This document shows positions 39,117 to 49,934 of a DNA stretch of 64,000 bases, piece after piece. Positions within the stretch are counted from its first letter, which is position 1; each line of letters begins with the position of its first letter. The notes under the pieces were generated by a model. It ran no database searches. It was not told where the DNA came from and worked only from the letters and a program-made list of their open reading frames with translations. The stretch spans positions 32,001-96,000 of the forward strand of contig CAWFCQ010000008.1 of assembly GCA_963814375.1 (NCBI GenBank), given 5' to 3'. Position numbers and translations under genes: made by a program. This DNA is from an uncultured Chloroflexia bacterium (lineage in GTDB: Bacteria > Chloroflexota > Limnocylindria > QHBO01).

Positions 39117-42041
39117 TCAGCCGCCTCGGCGACGACGCGCGAGCCTCTCGGCAAGGGTCTCGCTGGAAGGCGCCGGCTCCGGCACCGCCGGGGCAGCCGG
39201 CTGGATGGCAGTCGCCGACCGAGGTGCAGGAGCGGCGCGTCGCGCAGCGCCATCGTCTCGTGGCTCCGTTGCCTGGTCGCTGACGGGTGCGCGCTCGGCC
39301 CGGCGCGCGCTGCGTGCCTTCGCCGCACGCAGCTCTGCCAGTCCCGCGACCGCCTCCGGCTCGCCGCGGCCGAGGCCGAGGCGACCTGCGGCCCAGGAGC
39401 GTGCCCGCCCGAGGTCGGCCCGAGCGAGGGCAACGCGGCGCACGCCGACATCCAGCGGCACGAGAACGATCGCGAGCAGCAGGAGCCATGGCCAGATCGG
39501 CGTCGGGAAGGCGTCGGCGGCGATGTCGTGACGCCACACGGCCGTGGTGGCTTCCTCGCCCGCAAGAGGCAGAACCTGGCCGCCGCCGGCGCCGGCCCAG
39601 CTGGACAGTGCATCGGCGTCGACACCGAGACGCCGGAACTCCTCGGCGGCGGGGGAGACGATGCCAAGCGTGCGGCTCGCCGCATCGGTGCCGCTCTCGT
39701 CCTCGAACGTCTGCGCCACCCTCACGAGGTAGGCACCCGGATCGTCGGCCCGCACGGTTCCTGCATAGCGGCCGGGACCGACCTGCTCGAGGACGGTCTG
39801 CGTCGGCTCGAGATCCGGCGAGACGAGGCGCAGCAGGCTGCGGTAGAAGTTCCGTGGCGCGCCGTCGTCGTCGAACGAGCTGACCTCGACGTCCAGCTCC
39901 CCGCCCTCGGCCGGCGTGAACCGCACGTCGATGCCCTCGCTGTCGGCGGGCGGCAGCGTCCACGCCACGAGCTGCGCGGTCAACGTGCCGAACTCGGGCG
40001 TTCCGATCCACGGCGTGGCCCACTGCTGGCGAGCATCGGAGGTCCAGGCCACGGCGCGGCCCAGCCCGTACTGCCACTGAGCGAGGAGCGGATCCTCGCG
40101 ACCGGTGAGCAGGGCCACGGTGGCCGAGCCCTTGGCGGTGGTCGCGTTGTAGCCGAAGAGGTCGGGAAGGCGACCGGCATCGAGCCCGTCGAGGATCTCC
40201 GAGGACGCCGACGGGATCGGCTGAAACGTCTCCTCCACGACCTGCTCCCCGGCGGTTCGGATCGTCTCGCGCAGGAAGATGTCCGGGATCGTGGTGGCGT
40301 CCGCGGCGTCGTAGTAGCGGCCGCCGGACTGCTCCGCCAGGCGGCGCAGGATGCCCGCCGACCCGCCGCCGGTGCCGATGGTCGAGAGGGTGATGCCAGC
40401 GGCCCGCATGTCGTCGAGCAGCTCGTCATACGCGCCGTGCGTCGACCAGCCATCGGTGATGAGGATGATGTGGCGCAGGGTGGCCGGGTTGTTCACCAGG
40501 TCGTCGTAGGCGGCCTTGAGGCCGGCGAAGATGTTCGTGTTGCCGTCGGCGGCAAAGCCGAGGCCGTTGCCGAGCGCCCCGAAGTCGATCGGCGCGGTGC
40601 GGACCGCCCAGTGCGCACCCTGGTCAAATGCCACCACGCCGAGCTGATCGGTGGGCGCCAGCGCCTCGGCCGCCCGAAGGATCGCCTCCTTCGCGATGTC
40701 GACCTTCTCGAACCCGCGCTGCCCCGACGGGTTGGCGGTGTCGCGCGAATCTCCGGTGCAGTGGCAGTCGGCCATGCTCCCCGACTTGTCGACCACGGCC
40801 ACCATCGCCACGTCCGGGGAGCGCTCTCGGTCGCGCACCGTCATGTAGACCGGCAGAGTCTCCTCGAGCGGCGTGTCGAGGTAGCCACCGGCGCCGTAGC
40901 TCTCGCGGCCGCCGAGCATGACGAGCCCCTTGCCGAGGTCGCGGACGTACACCTGGAGGGCGGCCATGGTCGTCGCCCCCAATGCGTCCGCGGCGACGTT
41001 GTCCAGCACGACGCTGTCGTAGCCCGCCAGCGTGGCGAGCGACGACGGCACGCCACCGGAGGCGACGACGGTGACCTCCAGGTCGCCCTCACCCAACGAC
41101 GCGATGAGGTCCGCCGCCCGCGCGGCGTCGTCCGTCGCGACGAGCACCTGGGGCGGGCCGGTCACGAGGACGTACGCATCGGCGGCGTTGTTCTCGCTGA
41201 AGCGATCGTCGTCCGGCTCGATCACCGCGCGGAAGACGTGGAAGCCGGCCGCATCCGCGGTCACCGACAGCGGGATGGTCGTGATGCCGGGCTCGAGCTC
41301 GAGCCCGCGCGTGGCGACCGTCTCGCCATCGGCCAGCAGCCGCAGCGTTGCACTGGTCGTGATCGTCGAGCGCAGACGGACGAGCAGGTCGACCGTCTCG
41401 CCCACACGGGCCCCGGGCGGCGCATCGATCCCGTCGACGAGCACCTCGGCAGCCGATTCGTCCGCAGGGGAGACGACGTCGAGCCGGATTCCACGTGCCG
41501 CGGCGGCGGCGATGGCATCCTCCGCCTCGCCGCCCGTGTCGTTTCCGTCCGACAGAAGGACCATGCGCTGCTGAGCTCCGGCCGGGAAGATTGCGGCCGC
41601 CAGCCGCACCGCGGCGGCGACATCGGTCGCGCCGGCCACCGGCACCGATGCCGGCTCGGCCAGCTCGCCCAGCTCGGACGGCAGCCGATCGACCAGCGCG
41701 TTGCCGCCGAAGACGACGACGCCCGCTGTATCGCCCTCGGGCTTCTCCCGCACGGCCGCCTGCGCCCAGTCGACGAGCTCCTCACTGCTGGCGTCGAGCA
41801 TCGAGGCCGATGCGTCGAGCAGGAAGACGACGCTCAGCCGATCCGATGGCAATGCCAGGCGCATCCCCGCCAGCGAGAGGATCAGGCAGGCGGCGAGGAC
41901 GAGGCGGATGACGAGCGAGGCGATCCGACGCCCCAACGGCAGGGTCCGCGAGGCCGCCATCCATCCGACGACCACGATCAAAGCCACCGGCAGCGTCAGC
42001 CACAGCCAGACCGGATCGGCGAAGCCGAACGGAAACGTCAT
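39117..42041 (-). CDS. membrane protein with two VWA domains and a GATase1-like domain
   Basis: LDASASM, LLSDGN, YDSVVLDNV, GLVMLGG..SYGAGGY, VDKSGSM, LITDG, WQYGLGRAVAWTSD. Confidence 0.88.
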   Translation of the reverse strand: MTFPFGFADPVWLWLTLPVALIVVVGWMAASRTLPLGRRIASLVIRLVLAACLILSLAGMRLALPSDRLSVVFLLDASASMLDASSEELVDWAQAAVREKPEGDTAGVVVFGGNALVDRLPSELGELAEPASVPVAGATDVAAAVRLAAAIFPAGAQQRMVLLSDGNDTGGEAEDAIAAAAARGIRLDVVSPADESAAEVLVDGIDAPPGARVGETVDLLVRLRSTITTSATLRLLADGETVATRGLELEPGITTIPLSVTADAAGFHVFRAVIEPDDDRFSENNAADAYVLVTGPPQVLVATDDAARAADLIASLGEGDLEVTVVASGGVPSSLATLAGYDSVVLDNVAADALGATTMAALQVYVRDLGKGLVMLGGRESYGAGGYLDTPLEETLPVYMTVRDRERSPDVAMVAVVDKSGSMADCHCTGDSRDTANPSGQRGFEKVDIAKEAILRAAEALAPTDQLGVVAFDQGAHWAVRTAPIDFGALGNGLGFAADGNTNIFAGLKAAYDDLVNNPATLRHIILITDGWSTHGAYDELLDDMRAAGITLSTIGTGGGSAGILRRLAEQSGGRYYDAADATTIPDIFLRETIRTAGEQVVEETFQPIPSASSEILDGLDAGRLPDLFGYNATTAKGSATVALLTGREDPLLAQWQYGLGRAVAWTSDARQQWATPWIGTPEFGTLTAQLVAWTLPPADSEGIDVRFTPAEGGELDVEVSSFDDDGAPRNFYRSLLRLVSPDLEPTQTVLEQVGPGRYAGTVRADDPGAYLVRVAQTFEDESGTDAASRTLGIVSPAAEEFRRLGVDADALSSWAGAGGGQVLPLAGEEATTAVWRHDIAADAFPTPIWPWLLLLAIVLVPLDVGVRRVALARADLGRARSWAAGRLGLGRGEPEAVAGLAELRAAKARSARRAERAPVSDQATEPRDDGAARRAAPAPRSATAIQPAAPAVPEPAPSSETLAERLARRRRGG

Positions 42042-44002
42042 CGCGCACGTCCGCCGAGCGGCTGGGGCCGACGACCGAGAGCTCGGGCCAGGGTTCGGCG
42101 CGTTGGTCGATGGAAGAGCAGCCACTCGACCGCAAGCAGCACGAGGACGGCGAGCGCGATCGGCCACCACCACTCGGCGCGCGACGGCTGCGCCGGCCCC
42201 TCCGCGGCACCGCCGACGCGGCCCATCTCGATGATGCGCTGCGGATCGCCGGGCGCGACATCGGACTCATCGGCACTGAACAGGTTGACCGCCGTCGCGC
42301 CGAGGTCCGCGGCCTGGAGCTCCGGATCGTCGCTGACCGCGTGGACGGATCGGAAGCCGATGAACTCGGCGCCGGGCAGTGTCAGGACACCGCCCACCAC
42401 CGGCAGCTCGATGCCGACGCTCGACGACCCGGGAAGGTCGGTGGAGCCGGTCGTCACGACCAGCGCCCGCTCGATCCGCGGATCGACGTTGATCCGGAGT
42501 GACTGTCCGAGCCGCATCGACGAGGGCAGGAGCCCTTCGCCGGCCGGGAGCAGGTAGTCGACCAGGTTGCTCATGAGCAGCGGGAAGGCGACCTGGAGGG
42601 GCAGGTCGGACTCGCCGAGGTCGAACCCGATGAGGGCATGGCGCCTCCCGTCCGCCTCGCCGACCCCGACGAGCGGATTGCCCGCCGGCGTGCCCACGAC
42701 GCTGCGCAGCCCGGCCGCCGGCTCGATCTCGCGGGCGCGGCCGATGTGCACGGTCGTCAGATCGACGAAACGAAGCAGCGGCTCCTCCGGATCGACCCGG
42801 TCGATGAGCGGGCCGTTGATGCGACCGGTGACCGCCCCGAACGGCCCGTCCTCGCCCGGGTCGATGTAGAGGGCCGGTCCCGGCGGCGGCTCGGCCGAAA
42901 CGACGCCGTCGAAGATGAAGAGGCCATAGGGAGCGCCTTCCTCCTCGGCCCCCTGGAGTGCATCGGCGTATCCGGCTTCGTCCACGGCGTACAGCTCGAG
43001 GCGCGGGAGCAGGGCAAGGGCGTTCTCGAGATAGGCGCTGCCGTCGCCGACCAGCAGCGCGCGAGTCGTCTCCTCGGCCGGGACGATGGCGAAGGCGCGG
43101 TCGTCCGTCGCGAGTGCGTCGGATCCGGCGAGGCGCGCCTCTACACGCAGGGCGCCCGGCGGGACCGTGGTGATGAGAGCCTCCGAACGCTGGCCGGCCG
43201 GGACGTCGAGCTCGCGCGCGTCGACCAGCGCCCCGTCGGCATAGATCTCGAGGCGGCGCGTCGCATCGGCCGCAGACGGGTTGGCGACCGCGACGAAGAG
43301 GTCGAGCTGCGCGCCGCCCGCCCGGCGCAGCGCCGATAGCGCCGCGATCGCCTGGTTCGCATCGCTCGCGCCGACCTGCTCGACCACGACGCGAGTGCCG
43401 ATCCCCACCTCGGGCAGCTCGTCGCCGGCCGCATCGGTGACGACCACGACGGTGGAGTCGGTGTCACGCGCCGCCAGGGCCGATGCGAGCGCGAACGCAT
43501 CGGTCAGGTCGCCGGGCACCTGGCTGGGGAGGATGCCCTCGATCGCCTCGAGGGCCGCATCGCGGTCGTCCGTCTCGCTGACCAGGACATTGGCGCTGCC
43601 CGCGGCCGCCACCACCGTCACGCGTCCGCCGTCGGGGAGCCGCCCGACCACATCCGCCGCTCGCTCACGGGCGAGCGCCATGCGATCCTCGTCCTCGATG
43701 GCGGTCGCCATCCCGGCGCTCGTGTCGACGATGAGCACGACGTTCGCCGCCAGATCGGAGACCGTGGCCGTGAACGGCCGGACCGCGGCTGCGACCACGA
43801 GCGCCGCGATGAGGAGCTGCACCAGCAGCAGCCAGCTGAAGCGCAGCCTCTGCCACGGCGCGTTGGCCTCCACGTCGCGCACGAGCTGCTGCCACAGGAA
43901 GGTCGAGCCGACCGGGTAGTCGCGGCGGCGGAGCCGCAGCATGTAGAAGGCGACGATGATCGGCAGGCCGATGAGGCCGATCAGGGCCAGCGGGGCGATC
44001 AC
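42038..44002 (-). CDS. BatA domain + VWA membrane protein
   Basis: IIVAFYMLRLRRR...STFLW...PWQRLR..LLLVQLL BatA pattern; IVDTSAGM; C-terminal LLAVEW. Confidence 0.88.
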   Translation of the reverse strand: MIAPLALIGLIGLPIIVAFYMLRLRRRDYPVGSTFLWQQLVRDVEANAPWQRLRFSWLLLVQLLIAALVVAAAVRPFTATVSDLAANVVLIVDTSAGMATAIEDEDRMALARERAADVVGRLPDGGRVTVVAAAGSANVLVSETDDRDAALEAIEGILPSQVPGDLTDAFALASALAARDTDSTVVVVTDAAGDELPEVGIGTRVVVEQVGASDANQAIAALSALRRAGGAQLDLFVAVANPSAADATRRLEIYADGALVDARELDVPAGQRSEALITTVPPGALRVEARLAGSDALATDDRAFAIVPAEETTRALLVGDGSAYLENALALLPRLELYAVDEAGYADALQGAEEEGAPYGLFIFDGVVSAEPPPGPALYIDPGEDGPFGAVTGRINGPLIDRVDPEEPLLRFVDLTTVHIGRAREIEPAAGLRSVVGTPAGNPLVGVGEADGRRHALIGFDLGESDLPLQVAFPLLMSNLVDYLLPAGEGLLPSSMRLGQSLRINVDPRIERALVVTTGSTDLPGSSSVGIELPVVGGVLTLPGAEFIGFRSVHAVSDDPELQAADLGATAVNLFSADESDVAPGDPQRIIEMGRVGGAAEGPAQPSRAEWWWPIALAVLVLLAVEWLLFHRPTRRTLARALGRRPQPLGGRAR

Positions 44003-44891
44003 TCGACCACCCGTCTCCGTCTCAGAACGTCGAAGAGAAGATCTGCCAGGTCGAGGTCGGTGGGGACGGTGACGTAGGCGCCGCCGCGGCGCGAGACGAA
44101 GGCGGCGATCTCGGCCTGCCACTCTGCCAGGCGGTTGCGATAGCGGTCGACGAGGTCGTCGTCGCCGCTCACCTCGACTGCCTGCCCGGTCTCGCTGTCG
44201 ACCAGGCGCGCGTCGGGCGGGACCTCGGGGTCGAGCTCGTCGGGGGCCAGGATGTGCAGCACCGACAGCTGGCACCGCGTTCCCGCCAGGACGCGGAGCG
44301 CGTCGAGGTAGCCCGGATCCATCAGGTCGCTGATCAGCAGAAGAGGGCCCGGTCCCGCGCATCCGTGCGGCGTAGGTCCGCGCCGCCTGGGCGAGACCGG
44401 TCATGCGTTCGCCGCGGGGCTCCGAGAGGAACCGGAAGAGCTCGAGCGCTCGCCGCTTGCCGCGCATCGGGCGCATCGCGCTGGCCGAGCCGTCACCCAG
44501 GAACGCGACGCTGACGCGGTCCATGCTCGCCAGCCCGAGGTAGCCGAGGGCGGCGGCGGCTCGACGGGCCGCATCCAGCTTGTTCGGCTGGCCGTAGTCC
44601 ATGCTGCGGGACGCATCGACGAGGACGTGGACCGTGCACGTCCTCCTCCTCGACGAAGAGCTTGACGAAGAGCCGTTCGAGGCGGGCGTAGGCATTCCAG
44701 TCGAGCTGGCGCAGGTCGTCGCCCGGGGCGTAGTTCCGGTAGTCGGCGAACTCGACGCTCTGCCCGCGGCGGACGCTGCGGCGCTCGCCCTTCATGCGGC
44801 CGGCGGTCAGCCGCCGCGAGGCGAGCTCGATCTGCTCGAGGCGGCGCAGGAAGGCCTCGTCGAAGAGCGGGGCGCGCTCGGTTGCCGTCAC
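43999..44891 (-). pseudogene. DUF58 domain protein, two +1 frameshifts (~44636, ~44343; possibly assembly errors)
   Basis: GQSVEFADYRNYAPGDDLRQLDWNAYAR, LVDASRSM, LLISDL. Confidence 0.88.
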
Positions 44892-45044
44892 GGGCCGCTC
44901 CTCCGCGCGCACGTCCGAGGTGTCAGCGGTCCGGCGTGAGATCGTGACGTCGTCCACCGTGCAGCACGTTGTCACGCGGACCCGTGACGGTTGCGACTGG
45001 CCGCCCGAGCCGCAGTCCAGCCTTCGCCAGGACGCCATGGCCCC

Positions 45045-46075
<1,031 letters not shown>

Positions 46076-46079
<4 letters not shown>

Positions 46080-47917
46080 TCCGTTGGCTCGAGTCGTGAG
46101 AAGTAGTCGCGCACGAAGTCCTTGAGCGTGATCGGCACCTGCTGCCGGTCGAGTGCCGACTGTGCGTAGTCGTTGAAGAGATCGAAGACGGACCGATACG
46201 GGACGACGCTGTCGTTGTCGAAGCCCACCCCGGATCCGGATCCGGTCTGATCGTTGCCGCCGTTGCCGCCGCCTCCGGCGATGAAGTCCGGCTCGCCCGG
46301 CCGGCCGAAGCGGTCGAAGTCGGTCAGGACGCTGCCGTCATCGTCCGTCTCGAATCCCTGGTTGCCCTGGCTCGGTCCGTCGAAGCCGCCGGTGCGGAGG
46401 CCGCCGCCCGGGATTCGCCGCACGGTCGTGCCGCCGCCACCGCCCGGCTGCTGACCAGCCGGCGCCGGGCTGGTTGCCCGGTTGATTGCCGGGCTGGTTC
46501 CCCGGTTGATTTCCAGGCTGGTTGCCGGGCTGGTTCCCCGGTTGGTTCCCGGGCTGGTTCCCGGCTGGTTCCCCGGCTGACCCGACGCGCCCGGCTGACC
46601 CGACGCGCCCGGCTGACCCGACGCGCCCGGCTGACCCGATCCGCCCGGCTGACCCGACCCAGCGGGCTGACCCGACCCAGCGGGCTGACCTGACGCGCCG
46701 GGCTGACCCGTGCTCGAGCCCGTCGGCTGGCCCGCGCGAGCGACCTGGCGCGCTCCATCCTGGAGGGCGGACTGAGCGCCGGCGACGTCGCGCTGGAGCT
46801 GGCGATCACGCTCTGCCTCGCGCACGGCATCGGCGGCTCGATCGAGGGCCTCGGCTGCGGCCTGGCGGTCCTCCTCCGATCCGGAACGCGCGGCCGCATC
46901 GAGCGCATCGGCGGCTTCGGCAAGGGCGCGAGCGGCCTGCGGCTGCGAGGCTGCGCCGGCCTGGGCCGCCCGGCGCAGCTCGTCCGCTCGGGCCGACGCC
47001 TGCTCCTGGCTCATCGAGCCGGCCTGCTCGGCGAGCTCCTCGAGGTCACGCGCCGTCTCCTCCGGATCGCCTTCGGGGTTGGCCTCCTCGTCGTCGGTCG
47101 CGGCCCGCGACGCGGAGCGGGCGAGCTGGCTCAAGCCTGCATCGCGCTCGGCAGCCCGGGGATCGGTCATGCGCGAAAGCTCCTCCTGCACCGATCCGAT
47201 GCGCGCCAGCGTCGCCTCCCGGTCGGCGCCCTGCTCGCGCAGCTGGCGGGCGAGCTCGCGCAGCTGGCGCTCGAGCTCCTCGCGCCGTGGATCGGGGTTG
47301 TCGACATTCTCCTCGCCGACCTCGTCGGCGACATCCTCGACGCGCTCTGCCACGCGCTCGGCTGCTTCACGCGCCGCCCGCCGCTGGGCCACCACGTCGT
47401 CCTGCGGATTCGGCCACGCGACGAGTAGCAGCGTCATCGCCAGCCCGGCGCCGATGACTGCCATCGGGCGCCGCTGGAGGGCGGGGCGGAAGGCCCGGCG
47501 CAGGTCGACGGCGTTGAGGCGCGCGCGCGCATCGGCGAGCTGGCGGGCTTCGAGCGGGTCGTCGGAGTCGTGCGCCGCCAGCTCCAGTGCCGTTCCCAGC
47601 CGCTGGCGAAGCGAAAGCTCCTCATCTGCTCGACGCGCCGCCTCGACGAGGCTCGGCCGGCGGCGGGCCGTGTCCAGCACCCAGCCGACGATCGCAACGC
47701 CGACAATGCCGAGCTGGATGAGCGGCGCGATCTCCATCGGGAAGGCCCTCGCCAACAGCTGCACCAGCGCGACCGCGAGCACCGCTGCCGCGCCAACGAT
47801 CAGCGCCGAGCGGACGGCGCGACGCCACCAGAGGCGGCGCCGCAGGCTGCGGAGGCGCGCGAGGGCATCCGGTCCGATCCTCTCGGCGACCGCGGCGGCG
47901 ACGAGGCGATCGCTCAT
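46076..47917 (-). CDS. 3-TM membrane protein with a long coiled coil and Gly/Gln/Pro-rich repeats
   Basis: TM helices, LRQRLGTALE, heptad-rich region, VPITLKDFVRDYF end; ATGA overlap. Confidence 0.82.
46467..46717 (-). repeat. coding tandem repeats: 9 x 12-nt (GNQP) and 8 x 18-nt (xxSGQP)
   Basis: 12-mers at 46467-46573 (one unit is 11 nt); 18-mers like CGGCTGACCCGACGCGCC at 46574-46717. Confidence 0.9.
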
Positions 47918-48957
47918 TGACGGCCCCTGGGTCGTCGGAACGCCCAGCGCATGCCGGCCGGGACGACGAGGCGCATCGCGCCCAGGGTCAGGATCGCCGC
48001 GACGAGGACGAACGTGATCGTGACCCGGGGCCACCAGTAGCCCGATCCGGTCTCGATCGGCACCTGTTGGCAGACGTCACCCTCGCAGATCACCTCACCC
48101 TCACCTGCCGGGTTGCCCCGCAGCTGAGCGAGCATGTCGTTGAGCCCGCCGAAGCCACCGGGCTCCGTCCGGGCCACGACGTCGAGCATGCCGATCACGG
48201 GATTGACGTACAACAGCTGCTCCGGAGCCCGGTCCGGCGGGCCGACCCCGAAGCCTCCCTCGTCGCGGCTGGCGACGACGGTCCAGAAGGTGAAGAGCAT
48301 CGCCGTCCCGAGGGTCAGCGCCAGGACGGTGATGTAGGTGAGCACGGTCGCGGCCTGGGTCCGCTTCAGGAGGGCGGAGTAGAAGAGGCCGATGGCGCCG
48401 AGCACCAGGGCGGTGGCGACGAGCACGATCTGCTGGCGGACGATGTCGCCGATCGTCGCACCGCCGTACATCAGCACGATCGCGGTGATCGGCACGGCCG
48501 CCACGATCATGAGGACCACAAACGCCAGGGCCGCGGTGAGCTTTCCGATGACGATGCCACTGGGACGCATCGGCGTGCTGACGAGCAGGTCGAGCGTCTG
48601 CTTCTCTCGCTCCAGGCTGATCTGCCCCGCGGTGAAGGCCGGGGCGATGAAGCACACCAGGATGAGCTGGAAGATCGAAAGCAACGTGAAGATCGCCTGG
48701 CCGATGAGCGCGGAGGCGCTTGCCTCGCGAATGATCCCGCCACCCCCGAGGGCGTCGCGCGCAGTGGGCGCCACGACGACATACACGCCGTACGTGATGA
48801 GCGCGAGGATGGCGAGGTAGACGGTCAGGACGATGAAGGCGCGCCGGCCGCGCATCCGCGAGCGGAGCTCCTTGACCAGGATGGTGGCGACCGACGAGCC
48901 GAACTCGCGCAGGTTCGAGCGGCGCGCCGGACCCAGGGTCGCGCCGGTCGCGGTCAT
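47914..48957 (-). CDS. ABC-2 type exporter permease
   Basis: KELRSRMRG, APAFTAGQISLEREKQTLDLL, IVIGKL. Confidence 0.9.
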   Translation of the reverse strand: MTATGATLGPARRSNLREFGSSVATILVKELRSRMRGRRAFIVLTVYLAILALITYGVYVVVAPTARDALGGGGIIREASASALIGQAIFTLLSIFQLILVCFIAPAFTAGQISLEREKQTLDLLVSTPMRPSGIVIGKLTAALAFVVLMIVAAVPITAIVLMYGGATIGDIVRQQIVLVATALVLGAIGLFYSALLKRTQAATVLTYITVLALTLGTAMLFTFWTVVASRDEGGFGVGPPDRAPEQLLYVNPVIGMLDVVARTEPGGFGGLNDMLAQLRGNPAGEGEVICEGDVCQQVPIETGSGYWWPRVTITFVLVAAILTLGAMRLVVPAGMRWAFRRPRGRQ

Positions 48958-49934
48958 GCCGCGGTCTCCTGTTCGAGCTGCCCCGTCACCTTCAGGAAGA
49001 TCTCCTCGAGATCGCTCGTTGCCTGGCTGAACCCGACGACCCGGTGGCCGGCCTCGATCATCGCCCGCAGGAGCTCGGCCTGTGCCTCCGGCGAGCCGTC
49101 GAACGAGGCCTCGATGCGCACCGCGCCATCGGCATTGACGCTGGCCTCAAGGACGTCGGTGACCCGCGCATCGGTTCCGAGCCAAACCTGCGCAGCGGCG
49201 ACGGCTGCCTCGTCGCCGAGGAGATCGATTCGGAGCAGGGCGGTCGCCCGCAGCGAGCGCTCGATCTCGCCGATGCTGCCGGACCGCAGAAGCCGGCCGT
49301 GGTCGATGATGGCGACCCCGGTGCACATCTCACCGAGCTCGGGGAGGATGTGGCTGCTGACCAGGATCGTCTTGCCCATGGCGCGCAGCTCCCGAAGGAT
49401 CTCGCGCATCTCGACCCGCGCCCGCGGGTCAAGGCCCGATGCAGGCTCGTCGAGAATGAGGAGCGCGGGGTCGTGGACGAGGGTGTGCGCCAGGCACAGC
49501 CGCTGACGCATGCCGCGCGACAGGGCTTCGACGTAGGCCTCGCGCTTCTCGGTCAGGCTGACGATCTCGAGCAGCTCCCCGATCATGGTCGCCCGTCGGT
49601 TGGCCGGCACGCCATAGCAGCGCGCGAAGAAGTCGAGGTACTCCCAGACGCGCATGTCGTCGTAGACGCCATAGAAGTCCGGCATGTAGCCGATGCGGCG
49701 GCGTACCTCGAGCGGGTCCGCATCGACGGGGATGCCCGTCACGAACGCCCCACCCGCCGTCGGCGCCAGGAGCGTGGCGAGGATCTTCATGATCGTCGTC
49801 TTGCCGGCCCCGTTCGGCCCGACCAGGCCGTAGATCTCGCCCGCGCCCACGAGCAGGTCGACGCCGGCGACGGCAGTCTCGTCGCCGTAGCGCTTGACCA
49901 GGCCCCGCGTCTCGACGATGGGCGGGCTCGTCAT
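48954..49934 (-). CDS. ABC exporter ATP-binding protein
   Basis: GPNGAGKTT, LSRGMRQR, LILDEPASGLDP, VSSHIL. Confidence 0.94.
   Translation of the reverse strand: MTSPPIVETRGLVKRYGDETAVAGVDLLVGAGEIYGLVGPNGAGKTTIMKILATLLAPTAGGAFVTGIPVDADPLEVRRRIGYMPDFYGVYDDMRVWEYLDFFARCYGVPANRRATMIGELLEIVSLTEKREAYVEALSRGMRQRLCLAHTLVHDPALLILDEPASGLDPRARVEMREILRELRAMGKTILVSSHILPELGEMCTGVAIIDHGRLLRSGSIGEIERSLRATALLRIDLLGDEAAVAAAQVWLGTDARVTDVLEASVNADGAVRIEASFDGSPEAQAELLRAMIEAGHRVVGFSQATSDLEEIFLKVTGQLEQETAA

Noticed and set aside
38703-42557. 1284-aa plus-strand ORF, and similar long ORFs such as 12557..15499(-), 4234..6084(+), 50354..52381(+)
   Set aside because: Antisense shadows of well-supported genes; stop codons are scarce in high-GC DNA, and the translations are Arg/Gly/Ala-rich without motifs
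46467-46717. Tandem repeats as CRISPR or a non-coding VNTR
   Set aside because: No spacers; unit lengths are multiples of 3 with synonymous variation, so they are coding low-complexity linkers
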